From an uncultured virus (IMG/VR IMGVR_UViG_3300033994_000436) (taxonomy: Duplodnaviria > Heunggongvirae > Uroviricota > Caudoviricetes), in IMG/VR virus record IMGVR_UViG_3300033994_000436: a stretch of DNA of 20,000 nucleotides; one strand, given 5' to 3'. A model generated the notes under the pieces. The model was not told the DNA's origin. It saw only the letters and a list, made by a program, of their open reading frames with translations, and searched no databases. Shown piece after piece: positions 1 through 8,651 of the stretch (its first letter is position 1; each line of letters opens with the position of its first letter). Both the position numbers and the translations under genes were made by a program.

Positions 1-1887
1 TGTTACAGCATCGAGTGTCGTGCGAGTTTCTGGATCAAGATCGCGATAGGTTTTTAGGTCATCAATGTCCTGTTGCCTGCGGTTGCGAGCGTCAATTACA
101 GGGTCAACTCCTGTAATCTTTCCCCATGCTTGGTGAACTACTCGACCACCAAGACCATAGAGAAGGCCAGTAGAAGTGAGTTTGTTAAGCTCTTCCGGCG
201 ATGCTGACTCCAATGCGCCTGTCGCAAGAGCAATAAGGGTTGGATTAACTCCAGCCTTTGCGTACTCAACAACATTGTTGATTGTATTATCCAGCCTCCT
301 GCCTCCAAATCGAAGAATCTTAGCCGTATTCTCGCTTGCCTCTGGGAATGAAGCCAGCGTTTCAAATGTACCCTTGCTTCCGCCTGCCGCTAGGACGCGA
401 GCCTCTTCAATGTCACGGATAAGCGCAGGAGTTTTGGCGGCATACTTCAATGCGGCGAGGGCTGGCCTTCCAGCTTTACCAAGAACAGCACCTGCAATAG
501 CCCCCTCACCTCTGCGTTCATCTCCGGCAACTACGGCTCCGATTGCGGGAGGAGCAAGCTCCTTGAGAATTTTGGGAGTTGCCTCTCCAATTCTTGTTCC
601 AGCCGCCTCTACATTCTCAATTCCAGTAGCCAATGCACCAGCCGCCCTGCCAAGCAAAGAAGGCTTCTGAGCTTGTTCTAGCCCCCTCATTGCGGCCTCT
701 CTTTGCAATGTTTGAGCGGCATCGTTCATTGCCTTGATCTCCTGATCAGTCTTTCCTAAGTATTTTGCACCTTGGATTAGCCTCGGCGTTAGTCCCATTC
801 CAGCCTCAAGACCAAGCGACACAAGGCCCATTTCGCCAAGCCCAAGTCCGGCTGGTGCAGTAAATGTTGCAAATGTTGCGATGTCTTCATCCGCTGGCAT
901 TTCCCTGCTGGCAATATCAGAGGTAGTCTGCCTAGCAATAGCGTTGGCGATTTCCTTTCGCTTGCTGTCGGCTTGCTCTGCGGTCAGTCCCTCTTGAGCC
1001 ATGAGCGTCTCACGATCCGGCAGGGTATTAAGTACCACATATGCCAAAGCATCGTTTGCCATGTCGCCCTTTAGTATCCGGCTGTAGATGCTTGGATTCT
1101 CTTGCATCTCCTGAGTCTGGATTCGATCAACCAAATTCCTAGCCTTGTAGTTCTCGTAGCTCTTCTCACGATCCTGAACGCCAAGTGACTCACTGAGCCT
1201 GTCTTTAAGTCCGATACCGCCTTCCTTTAGCTTTGTAAACAGGTATGCCGCACTTTCTGGAAGTGCAGTAATGCCGGATGCATAGTCCTTAATAGGCTTG
1301 AAGCTAGGATGTCCCCATCCGCTTGGGTCTTGGTCAGCATCAGAAAATAATGATTGTTCCGCGAACTTTTTGGCTCCTTTGAGGAAGCTAACGCCACCAC
1401 CAAATACCTCCTGACCTATCTTCTTCCAGTCTTCCAATGTATTTACTCCCTCATTCCAAGGGAGGCTCATTTCATAATCAAACTTAGTCCTGAGTAGGTT
1501 TTCCGTTAGTGGTATATCCTTACGAACGTTTGTAACCTCCTCAAGCTCTTTTGGTGACAGCAAGTTGAGGGACTGCATATCAAAATCATCCATCTGTGCG
1601 CCTGTCTTTCCGGCTAACTGACCAAGTACTACGCTCTCTGGAGTTTCCTCCTTTGGCTCTGCTGGCTTAGTTAAATCTGCAAAGAACGCTTCTGGATCAT
1701 CAGCAACAGAAGCCTGTTTCGCTTTAGGTTGATCTTCTACTGGCTCAGTACTTCCAGCCAATGGATTGCCAACCTGCGTATCTACAGGTTCAGGAACAGG
1801 ACTTACTCCAACGGCAGTTTCTTCTTTCTGCGGTTTGTTAAGTTCTTCAAAAAATGCTTCAGGGTTATCGGTAATTGATGGAGGCAT
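1..1887 (-). CDS. Large internal virion / DNA-ejection protein, 5' part only (>629 aa, open at the window edge; not in supplied ORF track)
   Basis: ATG at 1887, 1 nt after the TAG of the upstream gene; manual translation (MPPSITDNPEAFFEELNKP...TTLDAVT) has no stop down to base 1. Acidic duplicated N-terminus, Gly/Ala-rich hydrophobic segments, last position in the ejection-protein run (T7 gp16-like position). Confidence 0.8.
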   Translation of the reverse strand, partial: MPPSITDNPEAFFEELNKPQKEETAVGVSPVPEPVDTQVGNPLAGSTEPVEDQPKAKQASVADDPEAFFADLTKPAEPKEETPESVVLGQLAGKTGAQMDDFDMQSLNLLSPKELEEVTNVRKDIPLTENLLRTKFDYEMSLPWNEGVNTLEDWKKIGQEVFGGGVSFLKGAKKFAEQSLFSDADQDPSGWGHPSFKPIKDYASGITALPESAAYLFTKLKEGGIGLKDRLSESLGVQDREKSYENYKARNLVDRIQTQEMQENPSIYSRILKGDMANDALAYVVLNTLPDRETLMAQEGLTAEQADSKRKEIANAIARQTTSDIASREMPADEDIATFATFTAPAGLGLGEMGLVSLGLEAGMGLTPRLIQGAKYLGKTDQEIKAMNDAAQTLQREAAMRGLEQAQKPSLLGRAAGALATGIENVEAAGTRIGEATPKILKELAPPAIGAVVAGDERRGEGAIAGAVLGKAGRPALAALKYAAKTPALIRDIEEARVLAAGGSKGTFETLASFPEASENTAKILRFGGRRLDNTINNVVEYAKAGVNPTLIALATGALESASPEELNKLTSTGLLYGLGGRVVHQAWGKITGVDPVIDARNRRQQDIDDLKTYRDLDPETRTTLDAVT

Positions 1888-1888
1888 T

Positions 1889-3754
1889 CTATTGCTGTTG
1901 AATAAGTGTTGTTGCGGCTCCACCCGTCCATCCTTGAGGGGTTGTTTCGATCTCCTCAAGGTTGATGATGGAACTTTTAGAGTTATCTATTTTTCTCCTT
2001 AGTTCAACTGCATTTTTGCCTATCTCTTCAATCTGTTTCTTGAGCTTTTCTGAAGTTGATTTGTCTCCAGATGCAAATGCCCTTTGCCTTTCTGCATTTA
2101 GCTTGAGTGCCTGAGTTTTAAGCTCATTAATCTCCTCAAGTACTTGGAATTTTGTCTTAGGAACAATGTATGGTTGGGGAAGGCTGTCCTCATCCTTAAC
2201 ACCTTGCTTAATTAATTTTGCTCTAGTCATCTGTACAGCTTGATTCGCAATCTTCGCCTGTGCATCGTTGTCCTCTGCAATAACTCTGAGCATTTGATCG
2301 CGCTGGTTCTGAGATAGTCGATCTCCACCTTCAAGCCTCATTCCAAGCGTTTTTGCCTTATCAACAATACCCATTGACCCAAGAACAAGATTTGCTTGCC
2401 CTTCGGTTACTCGACCTCCGCCCTCTGCCCTTGCAAACATATCAAGCAATCCAACATCTGAGATTCCCGCCCCTTCAGGATTTTTGATGATAGCATCGTA
2501 ATCCTTAACGAATCGTGTAAATGATTGTTGCATTCCGTTTGGGGCAGTAAATGCCTTCACAGCCGGATGCGATTGGAACATGACGGCTTCACGATTAAGT
2601 ATATTTTGCTCTTTAAGACCTTGCTGAGTTTTGGATGTCTCTTCCCTAGTCTTTTGAGCCTCTTCCCTAGCGGCTTTTGCGGCTGGATCGTGTTGTTTCC
2701 AAGGAATTACAAAGTTTCCAAATTTATCCGGCTTTGGTGCGCTTTCCGCATACCAGTTAGGATTGTCGGCCTGAGAATCAATATATCTTTGAGCTTCAGC
2801 ATATGATTTGAATCCAGCCCTTGGAACTCCACTGGTTGCTTTTGGTGCTACAGCAGGCTGTTCCGCATAAGCCAATTGAATATCAGCAAGTGCCTTATCT
2901 GTATTTTCCAGTGCTTGATCAGAAAAGCCACCAAGAGTTGAAAGTGGTGCTGTAACTGCTTTTGGTTTGCGTAACCAATCAGGGGCTTGTGCAGGTATTT
3001 CAGTAGGTTCTGGAAATGCTTCAGTGCTTGCTACAAGACCTCCCTTAACTTTAGACCAATCAATAGATGAAAGCGCACGCAACGCCTCTTCTCCGCGAGG
3101 AGATGGTGCGGCAGATTGGTCAACTGGTGCTGTAATGCTACTTAATGGAGATGATCCGTTATCAAGTCTGAAAACATCGCCAGTAGTATCTTCTTCAGGA
3201 AGATTTATGCTTTCAAACGAGCCGCCCTTGATAGGAGAAAAATCCCTGTCGTACCTTTCTGCTTTTGGATAAGCAGTAGGAACTGGAGCAGATGACATTG
3301 CAGAAGTCCCGTAATCTCCAGCTTCTCCCTCAGAATCATAATTTGGAGCCATTGAACCATCGGGCTGATATTGCTTTGGAAGAGATGCTTTGAATCTAGC
3401 GAGTGCCGCTTCGTCTTGGACTCTGTTTTCGCGCATCTTTTCTTCCCTATCATACTTTTCAGAAAGAAGCCTTTCTTCTCTTCCCTCCTTGCGAAGTGTT
3501 TCTTCTTTATCTTGCTTACTCTTGAAGGCCGCTTGGATTCCCTGCGCGATAGATCCCAGTCCACTTGCAATTCCTTGCCCAATCAACTCCGGCCTGCTAC
3601 TAGGAACATTAATTCCGGCAGTTGGTCTAAACTGAACAGGTGACTGGCCTCCTCCCGAAAAGGAAATCGGCTTCAGTCCCGCCAAAGATTGTTCGTCAAC
3701 CTTTGCAAGAACTGGAGAAAATGCATAGCCGCCTGTTTGAAAAGAATAAGCCAT
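1889..3754 (-). CDS. Internal virion / ejection protein (621 aa)
   Basis: Tightly coupled ORF; Gly-rich amphipathic N-terminal helix (GQGIASGLGSIAQGIQAAF), charged coiled coil, long Pro/Ser/acidic linker, helical C-terminal domain (GISDVGLLDMFARAEGGGRVTEGQ...GDRLSQNQRDQM). Function from synteny. Confidence 0.65.
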   Translation of the reverse strand: MAYSFQTGGYAFSPVLAKVDEQSLAGLKPISFSGGGQSPVQFRPTAGINVPSSRPELIGQGIASGLGSIAQGIQAAFKSKQDKEETLRKEGREERLLSEKYDREEKMRENRVQDEAALARFKASLPKQYQPDGSMAPNYDSEGEAGDYGTSAMSSAPVPTAYPKAERYDRDFSPIKGGSFESINLPEEDTTGDVFRLDNGSSPLSSITAPVDQSAAPSPRGEEALRALSSIDWSKVKGGLVASTEAFPEPTEIPAQAPDWLRKPKAVTAPLSTLGGFSDQALENTDKALADIQLAYAEQPAVAPKATSGVPRAGFKSYAEAQRYIDSQADNPNWYAESAPKPDKFGNFVIPWKQHDPAAKAAREEAQKTREETSKTQQGLKEQNILNREAVMFQSHPAVKAFTAPNGMQQSFTRFVKDYDAIIKNPEGAGISDVGLLDMFARAEGGGRVTEGQANLVLGSMGIVDKAKTLGMRLEGGDRLSQNQRDQMLRVIAEDNDAQAKIANQAVQMTRAKLIKQGVKDEDSLPQPYIVPKTKFQVLEEINELKTQALKLNAERQRAFASGDKSTSEKLKKQIEEIGKNAVELRRKIDNSKSSIINLEEIETTPQGWTGGAATTLIQQQ

Positions 3755-3759
3755 TTTGT

Positions 3760-4266
3760 TTAAGATCCACCAAACTGAATACCAGAAGAGGGGGGAAGAG
3801 TAAACTTGTTTGATCCAGCACCAGTAACATTAGTTGCCTGCGCTTGCACCGCCGCTTGAGCGGCAGGAGAAGATATTGCAGGACTCAATGCGGCAGTTCC
3901 GCCACCAGCACCAACATTGGAAATACCAATTTTTGCGGCAACCGATGGGTTGTATCCACCGCCACCAATAGATGTTTGGCCTCCAGCGGCGGCAGTTGAT
4001 TGTTGAGCCTGCGCTGATGACGCATCTTGAACCTGCTGTGCTTGGTTCGCAGATGCTAATTGTTGTTGGGCAGTGGCCGTGCCTTGCGTTGCTTTCGATT
4101 GTGCATCAGTAACAGCTTTATTGTATTCTGCTTGCTGTTGCGCCTTTAGAGCGGCTTGACGGGCGGCTTCTGCGGCTTTCGCGGCGGCGGCTTGTTGAGC
4201 CGCAAGCTGTGCGCTATAATCAGGCTGTCGTTGTTGTTGGCTTCCGCCGCCTCTTCCTCCACCCAT
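3760..4266 (-). CDS. Gln/Ala-rich small virion (ejection-type) protein, MGG start; paralogue of 4271..4789
   Basis: 168 aa; starts MGGGRGGGS, ends NKFTLPPSSGIQFGGS; colinear similarity to upstream neighbour. Confidence 0.7.
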   Translation of the reverse strand: MGGGRGGGSQQQRQPDYSAQLAAQQAAAAKAAEAARQAALKAQQQAEYNKAVTDAQSKATQGTATAQQQLASANQAQQVQDASSAQAQQSTAAAGGQTSIGGGGYNPSVAAKIGISNVGAGGGTAALSPAISSPAAQAAVQAQATNVTGAGSNKFTLPPSSGIQFGGS

Positions 4267-4270
4267 AAAA

Positions 4271-4789
4271 TTAAGACCCTCCTAATTTCAAGCCAGTCCC
4301 GTCTGGCAATGTGAATTGATTAGCCCCAGTAACTCCCTTGTTTGCGGCTTGCGTAAGGCTTGCGGCAGTAGTCGCGGCAGGATTTTTATATGGGGAGAAC
4401 CCACCAGCAAGATTGGATGCTGTAGCAGGAAGCATTCCAGAGGCGGCTCCAAGGTTAGAAAGCTGTGTCTGATACGCCTCATTCATGTCATAACCTCCTC
4501 CAATTGCGGATGCTCCCGCTCCAGCCGCCTGACGTTGAGATTCCGCAAGAGCGGAGGCATCTTTTGCCTGTTGGTACTGATCCTGAAGTCCAAGCTGTTG
4601 TTGTGCCGTTTGCATTCCAGTTCTGCCAGCTTGGTTAGCGGCCTGAACTTGCGTGTTATAAACGGCTTTTTCTTGCGCCAGTTGTGCGGCTTTTTGTGCC
4701 GCCGCCTGTTGTGCATTCATGCTTGCAATCATAGCCAGCATTGCGCTGTTATCTTGCTGTGGTGCTGGTTTAGATCCTCCTCCGCCCAT
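4271..4789 (-). CDS. Gln/Ala-rich small virion (ejection-type) protein, MGG start; paralogue of 3760..4266
   Basis: 172 aa; starts MGGGGSKPAP, ends NQFTLPDGTGLKLGGS. Confidence 0.7.
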   Translation of the reverse strand: MGGGGSKPAPQQDNSAMLAMIASMNAQQAAAQKAAQLAQEKAVYNTQVQAANQAGRTGMQTAQQQLGLQDQYQQAKDASALAESQRQAAGAGASAIGGGYDMNEAYQTQLSNLGAASGMLPATASNLAGGFSPYKNPAATTAASLTQAANKGVTGANQFTLPDGTGLKLGGS

Positions 4790-4826
4790 AATAGTAGTTG
4801 GTTAGTTGTTTGGTTTTTGGTTTGTT
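4790..4826 (-). promoter_or_regulatory. G-free, A/C-rich 37-nt leader (likely unstructured translation-initiation region)
   Basis: mRNA-sense AACAAACCAAAAACCAAACAACTAACCAACTACTATT directly before ATG 4789; no G, no Shine-Dalgarno. Confidence 0.5.
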
Positions 4827-5504
4827 TTAACTATACGAATATGAAGGGGAAAATTGTCCCCATCCATATTTTTGCTGAACTGCCATTGGAGCAGAAGTTT
4901 GTGCAGTAAATCCTCCAGACGGCATTGCTGATTTTGCTCCTGCACTTGCAAGACCGCCAATTAATGCTCCACCAATAGGGCCAGCCAATGCAGTTCCTGC
5001 AATAGTTCCAGCCGCACCGATACCCGCTCCAATAAGGGCATTTTGAGACGATTGATTTTGTGCCGCCGCCTGCATCATGGCCTGTTGATAATTTTGCCAT
5101 TCCTGCTGTTGTTTATTAACAGCCTGAGATGTAGATCCCATCATTTGGTTGATCCAATCAGTAGTTGATTGCAGATTCTGTTGCGCTGTTTGGTATCCTC
5201 CCTGACGAGCCGCCTGACGTTGCTGAAGAGCCTGTGCTTGCTGTGCTTGCTGTGCCGCAATAGCCTGTGCAGGGTCAATGCCAGCTACTGGAGCCTGCCC
5301 AATAGCTTGCGCTACTTGAGATAGATTCTGCGCCCTCAACGCTTGAGCTTGCGCTGTAGCTTGATCAAAGAAGCCAGACTTTCCAATGGTGCTATCTTGC
5401 AACCCCGTGTTAAGGTAGTTTTGAAGTCCAGCAGTCTTCGTCCAATCGGCTAACTCATTTTGCCAAGAAAATGGATTTTGTTGGTTTGCAGTATAGCCGT
5501 CCAT
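4827..5504 (-). CDS. Gln-rich ejection-type protein with C-terminal glycine-zipper membrane segment (225 aa)
   Basis: Q/A-rich helices followed by GAGIGAAGTIAGTALAGPIGGALIGGLASAG (GxxxG repeats), typical of membrane-inserting internal virion proteins. Confidence 0.65.
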   Translation of the reverse strand: MDGYTANQQNPFSWQNELADWTKTAGLQNYLNTGLQDSTIGKSGFFDQATAQAQALRAQNLSQVAQAIGQAPVAGIDPAQAIAAQQAQQAQALQQRQAARQGGYQTAQQNLQSTTDWINQMMGSTSQAVNKQQQEWQNYQQAMMQAAAQNQSSQNALIGAGIGAAGTIAGTALAGPIGGALIGGLASAGAKSAMPSGGFTAQTSAPMAVQQKYGWGQFSPSYSYS

Positions 5505-5508
5505 AAAT

Positions 5509-5865
5509 TTACAAGCCTACGCTTTTTCCCCATTGTTGCATCTGATTTTGCCAATAGTTTGGCGCGAGCGGAGCTACTTGTTGTTTCTGAAGTTCCTCGC
5601 GAGCGGCGGCGGCATATGGATTGCTCATCTTCTCCAGTTCCTTGCTCTTGTAAGCATTTACAGCGGCGATCTGTCCCATCTGGTTCAATGCTCCTTGTGG
5701 GCCATAGATGTCTATTTGTTGTGTCTCAATAGGTTGCGAGGAGCGCATAACATCAAGTGCATTCTGCCTAGCAAGCGCATCTATTCCGGCCTGCTGTTGC
5801 ATTCCAAGCAAGGCCATGTCAACCGTTTGATCAGGTTTTGAAGGTGAAGGTGTGGAGCCGCCCAT
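5509..5865 (-). CDS. Small Gln-rich virion protein, MGG start (118 aa)
   Basis: MGGSTPSPSKPDQ...; 2 nt after the stop of the GNAT-like gene. Confidence 0.65.
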   Translation of the reverse strand: MGGSTPSPSKPDQTVDMALLGMQQQAGIDALARQNALDVMRSSQPIETQQIDIYGPQGALNQMGQIAAVNAYKSKELEKMSNPYAAAAREELQKQQVAPLAPNYWQNQMQQWGKSVGL

Positions 5866-5867
5866 AA

Positions 5868-6254
5868 TTAAGCAGGAATGTATAGTTCTCTGTGCATCCG
5901 TTGCAAGCCTAATTTATTCATTGTTTCTTCAGGAAAATTAACTCTTCCAGCATCAGTTGGCAAAGGCACTCCGATATATCCGTGTTTACCAGATAATTGC
6001 GTGTGCGCCTTCCAGTCACTCATTACCTGAACAACGTCCCTTGGCCTTGTAATTGCAGGATGAAATGCCGGATAAGTAACAGGAAGATATACGCAATCAG
6101 AATATCCAAAAACAATGTCTCCCCTACATAGTGCGTGCAGGGTTGTATTTGGGCTATCTACAATGTGATGATCGAAGGACTTGGCAAATGTCTGCATTTG
6201 CCTGAACTCTTCTGTATTAGGCGCGATATATTTGTAGTTTATGGATTCTCTCAT
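5868..6254 (-). CDS. Divergent GNAT-fold-like virion assembly protein (128 aa)
   Basis: Size, alternating beta/alpha pattern, C-terminal MNKLGLQR resembling the GNAT 'xxKLGF' motif, and position between nozzle and ejection genes (as T7 gp13-type proteins). Fold is inferred. Confidence 0.45.
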   Translation of the reverse strand: MRESINYKYIAPNTEEFRQMQTFAKSFDHHIVDSPNTTLHALCRGDIVFGYSDCVYLPVTYPAFHPAITRPRDVVQVMSDWKAHTQLSGKHGYIGVPLPTDAGRVNFPEETMNKLGLQRMHRELYIPA

Positions 6255-6257
6255 AGA

Positions 6258-6503
6258 TTATGTTCCTACAGCTACAGACACACCATTGGCAAGTGTTGTT
6301 TCAACATTTTGTGCCTGTGCAGAAATAATTTGCCTTCTCACATTACTATTGCCACACACTACGCAAGGCAGGCATGACCCATTTGTATTGTTATTAAGTG
6401 GTATGCTTGAATACATCGGAATAATCCCGTCAGATCCAAACGGACTCATATATTGGTTGGGAAACTCTGTTACTGGCTGGCTTGCTTGTGTAATTGTAGG
6501 CAT
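6258..6503 (-). CDS. Hypothetical 81-aa protein with CxxCxxC motif
   Basis: Fills the gap exactly (3-nt spacers on both sides); contains SCLPCVVCG. Confidence 0.7.
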   Translation of the reverse strand: MPTITQASQPVTEFPNQYMSPFGSDGIIPMYSSIPLNNNTNGSCLPCVVCGNSNVRRQIISAQAQNVETTLANGVSVAVGT

Positions 6504-6506
6504 ATA

Positions 6507-8648
6507 TCAAGCACAGGGATTGGCGTTCCTGTATTGGTTGGCGGCGTTTGTTGCTTGCTGTGTGGCAAGTGCTATTGCCTGTGTGTTTGCGTCATCCTGC
6601 GACAGAAAGCTGGTAAACGATGCTGTTGCGGTAGCAGATACAGCGGGGGTAGTTGATGGTGATGCACAGCGCAAAGTAACTGTTCTTGTTTGCGTGCTAG
6701 ACCATGAATTTACTGCGTTTCCTTTTTGTTCCTGTGGAGGCTGTGTCAAGTTAACAGAGATCGAACTGCCATCTTCTCCAACAACACAAGATTCTGTTTC
6801 GTTGTAATTCTTTTGTCCAACAGAAGGCTCGTTCCAAGGGTCTTGGTACATACGAATTGCTTCAACTCCCATAGCACCGCACCATTCCACAAGAAAACTA
6901 AATGCCTTGTCTACATCAAGTGAGTATTTAGATTCACAGGATGTACTTTTTGCAGTCCTGTTTACGTTTTCTGTAATCAATCGTCGGTATTGCGTCTGCA
7001 ATATCCCCAAATCTTCAATCTCTCCGGCAACGAGACTTGTTTCGTACTGGTATGGATCATTTACGGCAAGTATTCGGTTGTTTAATATATCCTGATACAC
7101 TCCCTTGCTACCGCGAAAAGATACCTTCACATCCACGGTTCCAGAAATTTGAGAACAATCAAGCTCGCCATAAACAAGTTGTTTGAAACCCATTTCGTCA
7201 CCAAGCAAAGCAGTTTCAAATTGGCAATAGATTCGGTTGATTCGTTCCGTTGTAGTACCATCTTGGTTAATTTCTAGATAGGTATCATACCTTTCTGGAA
7301 CAAAAGCCTCCCATAGGTGGTTAAACGATCCATCAGAAGTTGATGCATAATCAACTGAGAATGCAAAGCATCTAGGAACAGAATTAATTGTATTGGTTGA
7401 CCAGTTTACAGGTCTTATTCCATTCCATACACCCGCCCATGCCGGAGTGCGTGCTTGGTTCCATTCGGAGGCGGCGGCGTAATCCAGAACCATTGTTACG
7501 CTGTTCAGTGGTTCTAGGTACGGAATGCTGTACAACAGGTAGTTTTCGTATGAGGTGGCGCAAATTCTAGTATAATCTGGAGCCATTAGACGTTTTGCTT
7601 TTGCCATTTCAACGTCCTTGAATAGCACCTGACTGGACAAATAACTTGATGCGGCAACGTCAACGCTTACAAGTCCACCTTGGGAATACCACCACATTAA
7701 TCCATTCTGGAATGCGATGCTTTTTCCAGATACGCACCCAATGTTGGGGAATAGTGTCTGTTGGAAGTTGGGTGTAGTTGACCATTGCGATCTGTCAAGA
7801 ATTCCGCTGGCAAGCGAATAAGTAGCCTGATCAGTAAAAACATACAATCTGGTGTCATTGTTTTGACCGATGTGGTCATGCATCGCTGTAACTGGTCTAG
7901 GAACGCTAAAATCTCCTCGACCAGCCCCAGCAGTGCGCTCTGTCCAAGAAAGAGGATTCGCCAAATCTGATGCGCTTATAATATTTCCAGAAGAAACCCA
8001 AAGTCGATTGCCGGAGTATGCCATCCAGTAACCAATTGGCATATCTGGAATATGCGCTCCCGTTTTATCTGAGCCATCCCAGTAATGTGCAGTATTGATG
8101 CCATCCTGAAAAACAACCATTCGGTGTGATGGCGTTACAGTAGTGCCTCCGCTTGTATTAACTGCCGCAGATTGGGTCGCAACTACAAGGTTGATCTCTG
8201 TGATATTGGGATCTAGTTGAATTCCAGAAAGTTGATAGTCGCTCCATGACTTTGGTTGCGTAAGTGGGAATGGAGAATAATACGCCTTTCCATCAACAAC
8301 GAAAACCGCATATGGAATTTCCGAGGCTTCAAATTCTGTTCCCTCTGGAGTGTATATCGTGTTTTTCTGCGTGATCGTTACGCCGGACAGGTTTGTTGTT
8401 GTTGAAGCCGCCCTAGCCTGCTTGTTGGCGTTAAAAATGATGCCTCCTTGAAAGTTCCCCTTGGGCAATGACAACTGCATCTTGTATCCGTTTCGCGTCT
8501 GGGCAATGCCGCCTCGCACATTAACATTTACAGCAAATTTTGCCTGATCCTCTGGAAGTGACCAAGGGTTGCGTACTGAATTAACGCCGTGAATCCAATT
8601 TGCGGTTGCTTTAACTGCCCTTCCTGAAGTGATGCTTTCGCTTTTCAT
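6507..8648 (-). CDS. Tail nozzle / tail tubular protein B / DNA stabilisation protein-like (713 aa) with C-terminal DUF5977-like domain
   Basis: Beta-propeller-like W/Y-rich strands (YSGNRLWV, RLYVFTDQATYSL, NIGCVSGKSI, GLMWWYSQGG), size and position after the adaptor; tail ...SFTSFLSQDDANTQAIALA...NPCA resembles DUF5977. Confidence 0.7.
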   Translation of the reverse strand: MKSESITSGRAVKATANWIHGVNSVRNPWSLPEDQAKFAVNVNVRGGIAQTRNGYKMQLSLPKGNFQGGIIFNANKQARAASTTTNLSGVTITQKNTIYTPEGTEFEASEIPYAVFVVDGKAYYSPFPLTQPKSWSDYQLSGIQLDPNITEINLVVATQSAAVNTSGGTTVTPSHRMVVFQDGINTAHYWDGSDKTGAHIPDMPIGYWMAYSGNRLWVSSGNIISASDLANPLSWTERTAGAGRGDFSVPRPVTAMHDHIGQNNDTRLYVFTDQATYSLASGILDRSQWSTTPNFQQTLFPNIGCVSGKSIAFQNGLMWWYSQGGLVSVDVAASSYLSSQVLFKDVEMAKAKRLMAPDYTRICATSYENYLLYSIPYLEPLNSVTMVLDYAAASEWNQARTPAWAGVWNGIRPVNWSTNTINSVPRCFAFSVDYASTSDGSFNHLWEAFVPERYDTYLEINQDGTTTERINRIYCQFETALLGDEMGFKQLVYGELDCSQISGTVDVKVSFRGSKGVYQDILNNRILAVNDPYQYETSLVAGEIEDLGILQTQYRRLITENVNRTAKSTSCESKYSLDVDKAFSFLVEWCGAMGVEAIRMYQDPWNEPSVGQKNYNETESCVVGEDGSSISVNLTQPPQEQKGNAVNSWSSTQTRTVTLRCASPSTTPAVSATATASFTSFLSQDDANTQAIALATQQATNAANQYRNANPCA

Positions 8649-8651
8649 GCC

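Noticed and set aside
5524..5530. Slippery heptamer G-GGA-AAA near the end of the 118-aa gene, suggesting a programmed frameshift fusing it to the 225-aa gene
   Set aside because: The -1 frame is not the downstream gene's frame and stops after about 25 codons; the +1/-2 frame hits TAG before the downstream ATG. No fusion results.
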